DNA of 64,000 nucleotides from Protoeuglena noctilucae (lineage: Eukaryota). Positions 22,413-34,296 of this stretch are shown here, piece by piece. Within the stretch, counting starts at the first letter, position 1. Each line of letters opens with the position of its first letter. A model generated the notes under the pieces. The model saw only the letters and a program-made list of their open reading frames with translations, made no database searches and had not been told where the DNA came from. Where the stretch lies: positions 124,001-188,000 of the forward strand of contig OY253686.1 in the NCBI GenBank assembly GCA_958009085.1, written 5' to 3'. The translations under genes and the position numbers were made by a program.

Positions 22413-25400
22413 AGCTGTCGAGCCAGTAGCAGTGCGATGCGGTGGCACGCGCGTCGGCCAGCGTCAGCCACAGCGCCTCGTGCATCTGCGGAGACAGGGG
22501 GAGAGCGTTGATGGTCTTGAGAGCGGCATGCATGCCCGCCGCCGTGACCCCGTCCGGCCCGTCCTGGGCCTCCCCGAGCGCCCCGGCCCGGGACCACTCC
22601 TCCACCTTGCGGGCAAGCCGCGAGGTGATGGAGGCCCGGTCGAAGGCCGCCCCCACCGCATGTCGAACCGTGTACTGCTGGAGCGGAAGGGGGACGGGCA
22701 CTTCGTTGGGGCGCCGATGAGGCTCGAGGACCCACTGCGTGGAGGGGTGACACGGGGCAGGTTGAGCTCCGCCCACCACGGGGGCTCGGGGGCCAGGCGG
22801 GGGGCGGAGTGCACAGCGACCGGCGCAGCCTGGGGGCGGGAAGGACGGGGGAGGAGTTGAGAGTCCTGCTGCGCGCAGTAAGCCGCCAGCGTGTGCTCCG
22901 CCCTCGCCAGGTCTGCGGGGGAGGGGACCTGGCCTGCGGCAAGGGAGCGGAGGTGAGCAGGAAGGGAGCCGCAGGCCGCAGGGGACAGAACCAGGCCCTG
23001 CCAAGGGTCCCACGCAACCAGGATACCCACGAGCTGCTCAGCCACGCCCTCGAGCACCACACGGCTGGCATTGGCACGGGGGGGCGCAGGCGCGCCCACA
23101 ACGCCCAGCCCCTCAAGCGCCTTGCAAACCTGGATTAAAACCTTCTTGACGGGGTCCTTGGCCGACGTCGTGTCGCCCAAGCGAAGGTGCAGCAGCCGCT
23201 CCCAGCGCGTGCCCCACAGCCGCCCGCACCACGACGCCTCCAGCACCTCCGAGGCCACGGCGCCCGGGGAGTCCCAGGCCATCTTGAGCCCTGCGGCCGC
23301 GGCTCGCACACGAAGGAGGTGACCCACACACCCCAGGCGAACCTTGGCCATCGTCCTAGCCTGCGGCGGGAACGAGCCATCAGGGAGAGGCAGCCCAGTG
23401 GCAGCATCGACCAGCAAGTCCGAGGAGCCTGCGTCGGTAAGGAGGGAGAATGGGATCTCCAGGAAAGGCAACTGGGCAGCAGGCTGGGGCTCAGGGACAG
23501 GGGAGCGAGCCGGGGCGAGGGCCACGAGGGAGCCAAACACAGCAGGGGCCGCCAAAAGCAACCCAAGGAAGGAGGGGCCGGGGACGCGAGCAGCCAAGGC
23601 AGCAGCCGCCGAGCTGGGCGACCTGGAGTCCCGGGCGAGCCATGCCACGCCAGGGCCGCCCAGGACCGTCAGGGCCCGGTCCAGCACGTGGCGTGCCGGG
23701 CCAAAGCCCGGCGCGCCCGTGAGAATCTTTGCCAAAGTGCGCATGCGGCGCGCTGGGACATGCACGGTGGGCCGGGTCGCCCCCAGCCCACCCTCAGCGC
23801 GCGGGCCAAAGACCATGCAGTCAGCCGTGCGACGCCACAGGGAGCCAGCCGCGCGGTTGCCCTGCACCAGGGTGTTGACAAGCTTCTCCGCCTCTTGGTC
23901 CATAGAGGCGGGGGCGGGGGACGTCTCGAGTAGATAACTCGCCGTGCTTGCCACATAGGCACTGGCCGCCCCCGCCCTCCCCTGGATGGACAGATGCAAC
24001 CCTGCGATGGCGGTGCCACGCTGGATCATCACGCCCTGCGTGCGTGTCCAGACCTGGTGCAGGGCATCGCGGGTGTGGGCACCCAGGTAGCGCACGCCCA
24101 CGCCCAACCCCGTGGGCATGGACCAGCGGCAGCCCCGTGCCACCGCTGCTGCCTCCAATGAGGCGTGATCGCCCCTGCCAAGCCGGTAGACTGCCGTCTT
24201 GGCTGCATTAACCTCGAGGCCAGAGGCCGCGGCAAAGTCCTCCAGGGTCGCCGACAGCGCTTCCCATGCTGCGGGCAGGTCTGCGGTCAGGGCAGCTGCG
24301 TCATCCGCGAAGAAGCGCGATGCCAGATCCTGCGGGGGAAGGCTGCCGAACGGCCCCGGGGGAAGAGAAACACCGAGCGCCCGCGGCTCGGATGCGGCGA
24401 GGGACCGAAGGCGACAAGCCAGCGGCTCTATGGCAACGACGAACAGGAGGGGACTTAAGGGGCATCCTTGTTTCACCCCACGCTCTATAGAAGAGGGCCG
24501 GGAGCAGCCGCTCTCGAAGGCAAGTACAGCCTTCGACTCCACCTGGAGGGCCATTGCCGCCCCCACCAAGGGGGCGGGCAGGCCCGCATGGGTGAGGACG
24601 GCTTGGAGGTACTCATGGTCCAATGAATCGAAGGCCTTCTTGATGTCGAGGAACACTGCGTGGGCGGGACGGTTCTCGAGGGTCAGGGTCTCGTCAAGGA
24701 GCTGCAGCGTGGCGATATTAGCAATGATATCGCGGCCCGGGACGGAGGCCGCCTGGTCCCCGTGGACCAGGCGCTCCATGACGCTGGCATCGTCCCCCTC
24801 CTTGCGGAGGAGGCGATTGCCAAAGACCTTGGCCACCGCCCTGCGTAGGGAGGTGAGGAGGGCGATGGGTCGGTAGTTAGTCCAGTCAGCCCTGGACCCC
24901 CCCTTATGCAGCAGCCGGATGGCTGCGTCCGAAAACCCAGCGGGAACAGGGTGGCCCTCGAGAAGACGGTTGGCAACATCAGCCACGACAAGCGCCGCCT
25001 CATCCGCGACTGCACGCAAGAGCGAGGGGGGGACACCATCAAGCCCACCTACGCTGTGGGCCGGGAGGCCCATAATCGCCTCACGGGCCTCTGCGGGCAG
25101 GACAGGGGCCGTGAGCGCGGTGATGACTGAGGCAGGGAGCTGGGCGGGGGCACCCTGCGACTCAGAAAGGAACTTTGCCACCAATGCAGGGTCGCGGGCC
25201 TTGTAGAGGCCGGCCCACTGCGTCCGCATGAACTCCTTGGCCTCGCGACCGCGGAGCGTCTTGCCCTGCGGGGAGCGGAGCACCACGATGGATTCGGCGG
25301 GCTTTCGGGGGCCCGACATGCGCTCCGTCATCATGCGGCTGGGGCGCTCGTCCTCCAGGCGAGCCGCGTGGCGCTGCTGCAGCTGCTCCGCCTGCAGCCG

Positions 25401-26880
25401 GGAGGCGTGGGCGGCAGCCAGGACAGCGGAGGCCTGGACCACCGCGTCGGCGTTGCTGCCCGTGGGGCTCGCATCCAGGCGCGCCTGCGCCGTCTTCACG
25501 GCTTCTTGGGCCTCAGCGACAGCACGGTTCTCTTCCCTGCGGTGGGCGGCGGAGAAGGAGCGGGTTTTAGCGGCCAGGGTGCGCCCAGCGTGGATGGGGT
25601 CTCGCATGAAGAGGGGGCGGAGGGACGCGGCAGTGGCTCGCAGCGTGACCACGGGGGCAGAAGGGGAGCCATCAGCAGCGGTGAGCGGGAAGGCAGGGCG
25701 CGCTTGAGCCACAGGGTGCGGCCGGCGCCGCGATCGGGCGCGCTCAGGGTCCCCCGCCGTGAGGGTGAGGACCACAGCCAGGTGGTCGAGGCGGGGGACC
25801 CCGGACGCCACGTGGCGCACCACGGGGTGCGTCTTGGCGAGCAGGGGCGCGCTGGCATGCACACGGTCAATGCGCGCAGCAGCAACAGAGCCAGCCACGG
25901 GGGGACCAAACCAGGTGAAGGCGGCCGGCCTGGCCGGGAAGATCTTGAGGTGGACGTCCTCGAGGCCCGCGGGGCCGAGGACGTGGTGGACCCACGCCTC
26001 GTGGCGCTGGAGGTCCTTCTTGTAGCTCTTGGACAGGCGCTCGTCCGGCAGGCCCGTCGTCGTGTTGAAATCGCCTGCGAGAAGGAGTTGGCGGGCACCG
26101 AGCTTGGCAGGGAGGAGGAAGCGGCGGATCCCCGCCGCGAAGCGCTGCGTGTCGCCAACAGAGGCAGAAGCAGGAGCATATACACCGATCAGGCTCAGCC
26201 GCAGGCCATTCCAAGCGAAATTGGCGCGCAGAGCGCGGCCAGACAAGGCGGCCAGCTGGTCATCGTGGGCGGTGGACTCCCTGGGCGGCACGGCGACGGG
26301 ATTCGCCGCAGAGCCGTTCTTGAGGAAGAGAAGACCCACGCCCGCGTGGGCGCCGAGGTTCCAGAAGCTCTTGTAGGACGAGAAGGCGTCGGAAAGCTTG
26401 GCAGAGTCGCGGCCCTGAACCTCCGTGAGGACGGCGACGTCCGCCCGCTTGCGGGCCAGGAACCTGCGGATCAAGTGGGTCTTGGAGGAGGTTCCGTCGC
26501 CCAGGCCGCGGACGTTGAGCGTCACGACGCGCAGCCCGGGCGACGTGGTGCGCTAACAACGGTCAGGAAGGGGCCGGGGTGCGCCCGCTGGGGGCGCGGG
26601 AGCGCGGCGCGGAGCGGCTATACTCGATCGAGGGCACAAAGAGGCCGCTCGTGTGCTCGGGCGAGGCTCCGGGGGGCTTGTGGCGTTGGGGCGGGGGGCG
26701 AGTCCGTCTTGGGCTGGGCGAGCTTGCTCCGGGCTCCGGCATCCGCGTGCGCGTCGGTCTGCGGTTAAAAATGCGGAGGGAAGAGCGCGCCGAATTGGCC
26801 GCCCGGACGAGCCGGACGACGGCCGGGAGGGCGCTGGTTCTCTAGGTAGATCGCTTTGTTTGCTTTGATCGCTTGTGGCT
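22413..26880 (-). mobile_element. L1/Tx1-like LINE: ORF1 C-terminal remnant + ORF2 (AP endonuclease, RT); frameshift at ~22760, 3' end cut before the zinc finger
   Basis: TLNVRGL, VLTEVQ, VYAP, AGDFN, RIDRV, LDH; NYRPIALL, DIKKAFDSLDH, GVKQGCPLSP, FADD; tail in ORF 22411..23013 aligns with the first LINE (LPLS..HE.LWLTLAD). Confidence 0.95.
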
Positions 26881-27158
26881 GATGATGATGTGCAGTTCAA
26901 TAGCTGAGGGTGCTGAGGTCCATCAGGATCCTCGCCGCACGAGCTAGGCCCGCGCGACAGGGGCGCCTTCCCCCGGGGCTGCCGCACCCCGGGGGTTCCA
27001 TTATCGCATTGCATATGGCACTTGGCCTGCCCCCGCTAGGTCCCCCCACCCTAAGGCTATGGGGCCGCCGCCCCGGGCTCCAGCGCCCCTAGCCCCTTCG
27101 CCGAACCGCCGCCCCTGCCGGGACGAGCAACCGCAGGATGCCACGCGAGCGGGCCCCT
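26881..27158 (-). repeat. Retroposon 3'-end copy with (CAT)n tail
   Basis: Near-identical reverse complement of 28435-28710. Confidence 0.9.
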
Positions 27159-27361
27159 GGGTACAAATACAACAACGAAGCAACGAAGCAGAGACAAGCC
27201 CCCATGCCTAGCGGTGATCTAGGGGGAGCGCCTGGTGGGGCAGCCGGTTGGTTTGGGGAAAGAGGGGGGAAATAGTAGGGTAAACAGCAGGGTCAGGCAC
27301 CCTGGGCCAGGGTGTGAGCAGTGCAGATTTATAAAGACACAGAAACACGTATTGGTATGAG

Positions 27362-27440
27362 GATGACGTGGCCGAGCGGTTAAGGCGCCAGATTAAGGCT
27401 CTGGTCCGAAAGGGCGCAGGTTCAAATCCTGCCGTCATCA
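27362..27440 (+). tRNA. trnL: tRNA-Leu(AAG)
   Basis: Acceptor GATGACG/CGTCATC-A, anticodon arm CCAGA-TTAAGGC-TCTGG, long variable arm, GGTTCAAATCC, TTTT terminator. Confidence 0.93.
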
Positions 27441-27480
27441 CGCACTTTTGGCGGTCCCGGGCCAATAAGCGAAAATAGCG

Positions 27481-27559
27481 TGATGACGGCAGGATTCGAA
27501 CCTGCGCCCTTTCGGATTGCAGCCTGAATGCAACGCCTTAACCGCTCGGCCACGTCATC
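27481..27559 (-). tRNA. trnL: tRNA-Leu(CAG)
   Basis: Same body, anticodon arm TTGCA-TTCAGGC-TGCAA, GGTTCGAATCC, TTTT terminator. Confidence 0.93.
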
Positions 27560-27714
27560 TGTATCTCAGACAATGTTCCTGTATGTTTATGTACCTGCAC
27601 TGCTCACACCCTGGCCCAGGGTCCCTGACCGCGCTGTTTACCCTACTAATTTCCCCCCTTCTTCTTCAAACCAACCAGCTGCCCACCAGGCGCTCCCCCT
27701 AGGCCCCCGAAGCC

Positions 27715-28710
27715 GAGTGGGGGAACTTGGACCTGCCGGTGTCAGACGTGTTCGGGCTGAACCATTACGCCTTGAGTCTTGGGGGGGGTGGGGGGACGCG
27801 CGATGGCGCGATCCGCCGGCCGCCTCCTCGTGGCGCCCTCTGGACACCGCGCCTTTATGGCCGGTGACGAAGAGCCGGTTCACAAAAAATGGCGCGGTGG
27901 CGCGCAGTTGCGGTGGTTCGGCGGTGGTTTGGCCAAGGCGGAGGCTGGCGAGTTGGCGAGGGGGTGCGGTTGGATGTTTTGCGTGCATTCGCGACGGCTG
28001 ATGTGGTCGCATATCCCCTGGCAGGCGCCAGGCGGCAGCACGACGCGCTCGAGTTCTGCTGGTCGGGACAAGCCGCGCCCCCGAGTCTAGGGGGGCTTTC
28101 GGGGCGCTGCGCGCTGTGGGCGTGCAGAGGGACGGCAGGCTTTCGTGACGGGGACGCAGAGCGACCGGCGGGACGCGGGGACCGCGCCGGTGGGACCAGG
28201 GTGGGGTCCGTTGGGGCGAAATGGGGCGAAAGTGNNNNNNNNNNNNNNNNNNNNNNNNNNNNNNNNNNNNNNNNNNNNNNNNNNNNNNNNNNNNNNNNNN
28301 NNNNNNNNNNNNNNNNNNNNNNNNNNNNNNNNNNNNNNNNNNNNNNNNNNNNNNNNNNNNNNNNNNNNNNNNNNNNNNNNNNNNNNNNNNNNNNNNNNNN
28401 NNNNNNNNNNNNNNNNNNNNNNNNNNNNNNNNNNAGGGGCCCGCTCGCGTGGCATCCTGCGGTTGCTCGTCCCGGCAGGGGCGGCGGTTCGGCGAAGGGG
28501 CTAGGGGCGCTGGAGCCCGGGGCGGCGGCCCCATAGCCTTAGGGTGGGGGGACCTAGCGGGGGCAGGCCAAGTGCCATATGCAATGCGATATTGGAACCC
28601 CCGGGGTGCGGCAGCCCCGGGGGAAGGCGCCCCTGTCGCGCGGGCCTAGCTGGTGCGGCGAGGATCCTGATGGACCTCCGCACCCTCAGCTATTGAACTG
28701 CACATCATCA
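27715..28710 (+). mobile_element. Retroposon insertion spanning the assembly gap, (CAT)n tail, flanked by CCCCCGAAGCC
   Basis: 11-bp direct repeats at 27704-27714 and 28711-28721; 3' end matches 26881-27158. Confidence 0.75.
28235..28434. other. Assembly gap (200 N)
   Basis: N run. Confidence 1.
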
Positions 28711-28751
28711 CCCCCGAAGCCAAAAAAAAAAAAAAAAAATGCCCCCGAAGC

Positions 28752-31036
28752 CTACCCCAGCTTGGCCCTCTTGTTGGCGTTCGCCTTGGCCTTCTTGTTG
28801 GCCTTGGCCGCCTCGAACGCCTTGGCAAACTCCGAGTTGGGTTGGAGCTGCTCGAGCTCCAGGAGCTGCTCGAGCTCCAGGAGCTGCGCCACGCTCATGT
28901 CCTGCAGGCCTGCCCTCTTAGCCTCCGACCGAGGGGCGTCTTCCTTCCTGCCCACGCCGAACACCCCCGCCGCCTCCGCCGCGTCCCACTCGATTTGGTT
29001 CCGAGAGTTGGGGTGCTGCCGCTGCCACCTGACGTGGGTCACGAGGGCCCGGTGGTGCTCGATGGTCCACTTCTCATAACGCCCTATCCTCTGCGCACAA
29101 AAAATGGCGTCAAGCAGTGGCTCTGCGCGCCCTGCCCCAGCCACACCCTCCCGCACCCCACCCTCCCGCAGCCGCCACCGCCGCAGCCGCTCACCAGCTG
29201 CGGCGGCGCCTCGACCCCCATCTCCTTCTTGAGGACGCCGTTGAAATGCTGCTGGATCCCATGGGCCGTCCGGCCCTCGGCCAGCACCCTCATGTCCTGG
29301 CCGATTTCCTGAACAGAGGGGAGGGAGGGGGGTTTGGAAGGGGGGTTGGAGAGTGACCCAGGCTGCGCCAGTTAGCGCGCATGTGGCCAGGGCTACATCG
29401 CAGGTGCAGCCCTACTGGCGTGTCACCCGGCGCGCCGCCAGCACTCACCAGGCGCGCCTCCCACGTGGCGTGCGGCTCGTCCTCGACCAGGAGGATGATG
29501 AGGAGGGCCTCGTCCAGCGAGTAGCACGCGGGCCCCGCCGAGTAGCCGCCCCTCTCGAGGAAGGCCACCACGGGGTCCTCCTCCTTAGACCCGGAGCAGG
29601 ACCAGCACTTGGCGCCGATGACCGCCCCGTCCTTCTGGACGAACACCCACCCGCACTTGCTGTGGGTGTGCAGCCTCCCGCACTCGCCCATGCAGCTGCG
29701 CGCATGTGCGAGGCTCATGATCAGGGGGCCGACATACACGTACGAGGCAGCCGCCGCTCATGGGTAGCATGCGAACCTGACGCCGCGGAGCTCGCGCGGG
29801 ACGACGACGCCGAGCTGGAACCCCATCTCGTCCGCCAGCTTGGCGAACTCGGGGACGCCCTATCGCAGCCGCTCCAGCACCTGCAGCCGCCGCACGCGCG
29901 CGCGCGGATGAGGCCGCAGGGGAGAGGCTTACGACCTGTGGTTGCGTGCGCAGCTCGTCTCACCTCCGCGGGGCGCACGAGGAGGACCTTGGCCCGCGCC
30001 GTCCACTTTTTGCACTCATCGGGCGGCAGCTCCGCGCCGAAGGCCACCGCGATGCTCGCCGCCAGCAGGGGGTCGTCGGTGAGCGTGTCGCGGGCGAACG
30101 CTGCGAGGCCCTTGGCTGCGTCCCTCACGAGGTCCCGCTGCGTGCCGCGGGACGAGCGTGGCGTGGGCGCGGGGAGCGAGCGCGGATGGCAGTGCCTGCG
30201 ACAGAAGATGTGGGGTCGCAGAGCCGCCGCCGGGCTCGAACCGCGCTCTCGCCTGCCGGTCCGTGAGCTTGCGGAGCTCCGTGCACCCGCCGAAGGACCG
30301 GGAGCCCTCGGCGTCGAACATGCGGACGTCCCGGTTGCCCAGAACCGCCCCCAGCGCCCTCTCGACGGCAACCATGGCGCCCCGCGGCGCCCTGCGCGCG
30401 GGCGAGCGGGCAAGAACTGGCTGGACCGGGGAACCGCCGTCCACTCGGCGCGCGGGCGCTCGCGCGGGCGCTCGCGCATCGACCCGGAGGTGACGAACGT
30501 TACAAAGCAGCTGCACTCACTCGACGCCGCTGTCCGCGACCCGCACGGCCGTGGCCTTCGCGAAATTCTCCGTCAGCCCCAACACGCACGCGTCCAGCAC
30601 CTGCGGTGCGTTCACGGAACGACCCGCTTCTAAGCACGAATCAAAGCGCAGCGGACCAGGATCTGCGCGCTTCCGCGCAGTCCACGGATGCACCAACCTC
30701 GAGGAAGCGGCTCAGGCCAATGAGGCGCTGGAGGACACCGGAGGGGAGCTGCGCGCCGTTGGTGATGCCAAATTTGAAGAAGACTTCGGCCTCCGCGACG
30801 AAGCTGAGCGAGCGGTCGGCCCGGGCACGGAGCTGGAGGAGGTACAGGACAGCGCTCGACCACCCCTTGGACGAGTACGCCGCGTTCCCGGCCCGAAGCT
30901 GGAACAAGTGAAGCACACTGTCGGACCTGAACGGCACGTTCACGGCCAGCTTCTCCGGCAAGGACTGCAGCTGAATCTGCGCCACGGTCCGGCCTTGGAA
31001 GGTGGGGCCAGCAAAGAGCTCCGACGTGCTAAACAT
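28752..31036 (-). pseudogene. Spliced gene: T5orf172/GIY-YIG-like N-terminus, Cys/His cluster, two Myb/SANT-like repeats; in-frame stops
   Basis: AVLYLLQL..FKFGIT..QRL..VERAL..GGCTEL; CMGECGRLH..C..CWSC; YSLDEALLI..W..GRTAHGIQQHF; KWTIEHHRAL; TAG at 29860 and TGA at 29758 in my splice model. Confidence 0.45.
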
Positions 31037-31553
31037 CGCTGCAACACGGAGGGGGGCTTCAAAGACCTCCGATTGGCCTCGCGCCGCGCGATCGTCTGCT
31101 GTAGAAAGGCCAGCTGGCTGGCGTTTCATGCGTAGCACGCGCTTGACTTGCATCCCGTGAGGATCGATGGGGTGCGCGGTGCTCCCAAAACACGCGGGAT
31201 GACAGCGAGACACCGTGGGAATGACCGCTGCCAAAGAGCGCACGCATCCCAGGAGGTGTGGGAGGCGGTCAAGGCGGCCGCGCGGGCCCCAGCCCTCTGC
31301 ACTGCTGGGGGATGCAGGGGGGACAGGCTCGTCCCCGGCTGCCGCGTGAGTGGCAAGGCAGGTGCGCGTCGTATGCATGCCTTGCTCTGTCATGGTGCAG
31401 CTGTGCAGCTTCTGCTGGCGGGGGACGTGCTAGGCTGCCACGGCAAGGTGCGCCCTACCGGGCCTGCTCCTGGACGTGCCGGCCCTCCAGGGTCCTAAAG
31501 CCCGGGTTCGGCCCCGCGGGACAGCCGGCTGCGCGTTCGGGGGTGGCGCCTTG

Positions 31554-34296
31554 TCAGAACTGCCGCTCGGCCGAGCACAGCGCGACCCACACCGCGGCGC
31601 CCAGGACATACAGCGCTGCGGTGAGCTGGAAGACGGCGTGGAAGGACCCCGTGGCCGCCAGGATCTTGCCAGCGACGATGGCGCTGCGGGCAGGGGGGGC
31701 TCCGCCGGGTGAGCTTCAGACACCCACGTGGCGGAACAAGACACGACGTCGTTGCATGGGCGACGCACCTGGCCACGCCGCTGAGGGACCCGAAGGTGTT
31801 GCAGAGGCCGAACATCTTGCCGGCCGCCGTGGGCGCGATGTCGCTCATGTTGGCCACGAACCCCGCCTGCCCCAGGGACTGGGCCCTGCGAGCGGGGCAC
31901 ACCGATTTGTCACCTATTGGGCCACCGAACAGCAGCAGCAGCAAGCAGTCCTGTCCCCTGACCCAGGCAACGTCGCACCGACTGACGGCGGCACTCCCCA
32001 GCACGACCACGAACAGTCCCGTGGCCACCCACACACCCACACACAGCCCCTCACCCCAGCACGACCACGAACAGTCCCACGGCTGCCGCGGGCGCGATGG
32101 AGGGCCCCGCCGCGTTGAGTGCCAGGAGCGCGGCCGCTGGCACCGCGAACGCCACCGCCTGCACCCCCTTGCGCACCGTAGTGGCGTCCATGCCACGCGA
32201 CACGAGGCCGTCGGCCAGGACGCCCGCGGCTGCGGGCGATGGGGGGGAGGGGTGGTGAGGGGTTCGCGGTCGCGACGGGTCAGTTGATGACAATGGCGAG
32301 CGATGAAGGATACCTGATTCATCAGGAACAGTCTCAGCCACTCCCAGTCACTCCCCGCTTGCTCACCGCTGGAGCCGATGGCCATGGCGAGCCAGGGCAG
32401 GAAGCTCATGAGGGAGGAGGCCTTGAGGTCGAGGCCCAGGGTGCGGAAGAAGTAGGCGGGGAGCCAGTTGAGGAAGAGGAAGTATCCCCAGTGATTGACG
32501 CAGTTGGCGATCACGATGGCCCAGGTGCGGGGGCTCGCGATGAGGCGGGCGACGGAGACAGTGGCGGGGGGGGCGGCGGCGTCGGGGGCGGCGGGGGCGG
32601 GGCGCGGCGGGGGGGCGACGACCACGGCGTTCTGAAGGAGCGGGGGGGATGCGTGGGGTGTGGGGGTGCATGGGGTGCGGGTGCATGGGGAGTGAGTGGA
32701 TGGCTGAATGGGGTAATGTGTTACGGGGAAGACGATCTTTAGACACACGGCACAGGCGCACTTATATAAGCAGCGACATCGAGTCGTCGTCTCTGTGTGT
32801 CTCACCCAGAAAGCGAGGAGTGGCAGCCCGAGTAGCCCGAACGCGACGAAGAGGTTCTTCCATCCGACGGCGGCGATGACGAGGGGGGACAGGACGAGGC
32901 CGACGAGGTTGCCCAGGTGGAAGCCTGGGGGAGTGGGGGTGGGAGTAGAAAAGGATATGGAATGTAAATGCACACCATCACTTACTCACCACCTCCCATG
33001 CACTCACCCACTCCCCCATGCACCCCCAACCCCTCCCATGCGCTCACCCGTGAAGGACCCCCCCAGCGCCGTGGCCCGCATGTCCCGTGGCACAGCCGTG
33101 GCCACCAGGTTGCTCATGGACGGCAACGCCACTCCCTCGCCCAGTCCCACCATCGAGCGGGCGAAGAGCACCGCGGGAAGGGTCAGGCCCGCCGCCTGCG
33201 GGCGTGCAAGGGACGGAGGGTGTGTGGGCTACGAGGTGAGGGTTGCTTAGCAGTGTGGGGTGATGGACGGTGGAACCGAGAGTCTCTCTCTGTCACGTCT
33301 CTGGTATCGATCGTCGCACCACGCTCACCCTGACGGCATCGGACAGTGCCAGTGGCATGAGGAGGCTTGCGAAGGAGAACCACAGGACGCCGGCGCCCAG
33401 CACGGCCTTGCCCCCGAGGCGGTCCGCCAGGGTTCCCCCGATCAGCTGCGTGGCTGCGAGGGGGTAGAGGGGTGGTGGTGGTGAGCTGATGGTAAGCTGA
33501 TAATCAGTTGTCAGTGAGCTGCGTGGCGGTGGGCTGTGGTACGGCGTGACGGTCCAGGCGACGTTGTCAATGTCGACAAGCGTTTTCCCTCACCGGTGCA
33601 CCCCCACAGCAACCAGTCACTGTCAATATTCTCGTCCCCTCACCGGTATACCCCCACAGGAAGGAGGACTGAATGACGCCCTGCACCGAGGGCGCCCAAC
33701 CCAGCTCCTGGGACATGGGCAGGATGGCGACGCTCATGCAGATGCGGTCCATGTTACAGAGCATCTGGGGGCGCGGAGGAGAGTAATGGGTCAGCTGAGT
33801 GAGAGCGATTGGCTACGGGACTGGGCCAGCTACATCGCATGCCAACGCCGCGGTGTCTTACCAGGGCCACGGCCGTCGGCAGCACGACGCGTAACAAAGC
33901 CGTCTTCTTGTCATTCGCGGCTGGCGACCCGTCCGCACTCGGCGCACCGGCTGCGGCCGAAGCTTTCGGCGTGTGCAAGCCATGGGTGGCGCTGCGAGCA
34001 GCGAAGGAGCCGTTGCCGTCGCGGATGTCCTCATGTCGTTGCTTATATGCGAGTCGAAACACGGACGCATTCGGCGGGCGGCATCGGCTGCCATCGCGCC
34101 GCGCGCACCTTTCCCATCGAAGCGGATTTGTCGGCAACCGCCTCCGCGGCCCGGATGCCCCGATGAGCTGATGGCGGGCGTCTCTTGACGAGGTTAACGC
34201 GCCAGTGGAGAACGCCAGCTGCGACCGCCGCAGTAGAGGCCGTCCGAGCGCGGCGCCCGGCGCAACGGGCCGCAGCTGAGCCGGGCCAGCGCTCAT
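31554..34296 (-). CDS. PHT4: MFS anion/phosphate transporter, PHT4 (SLC17) family, plastid-targeted, multi-exon
   Basis: LCNMDRICMSVAILPM, QGVIQSSFLWGY, GLGEGVALP, NHWGYFLFLNWLP, GFVANMSDIAP. Confidence 0.92.

Larger units (their letters stand above)
27219..27702. repeat. Inverted duplication (~220-bp arms) containing both tRNA-Leu genes and their 5' flanks
   Basis: CTAGGGGGAGCGCCTGGTGGG..TAGTAGGGTAAACAGC..CCCTGGGCCAGGGTGTGAGCAGTGCAG present on both strands. Confidence 0.92.

Noticed and set aside
28662..28700. Hammerhead ribozyme core (CTGATGGA)
   Set aside because: Not CUGANGA, and no properly placed GAAA or stems
26881..28710. Outer inverted repeats as TIRs of a DNA transposon carrying tRNAs
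   Set aside because: (CAT)n tails, the TSD around the right copy alone and a third dispersed copy favour independent retro-insertions
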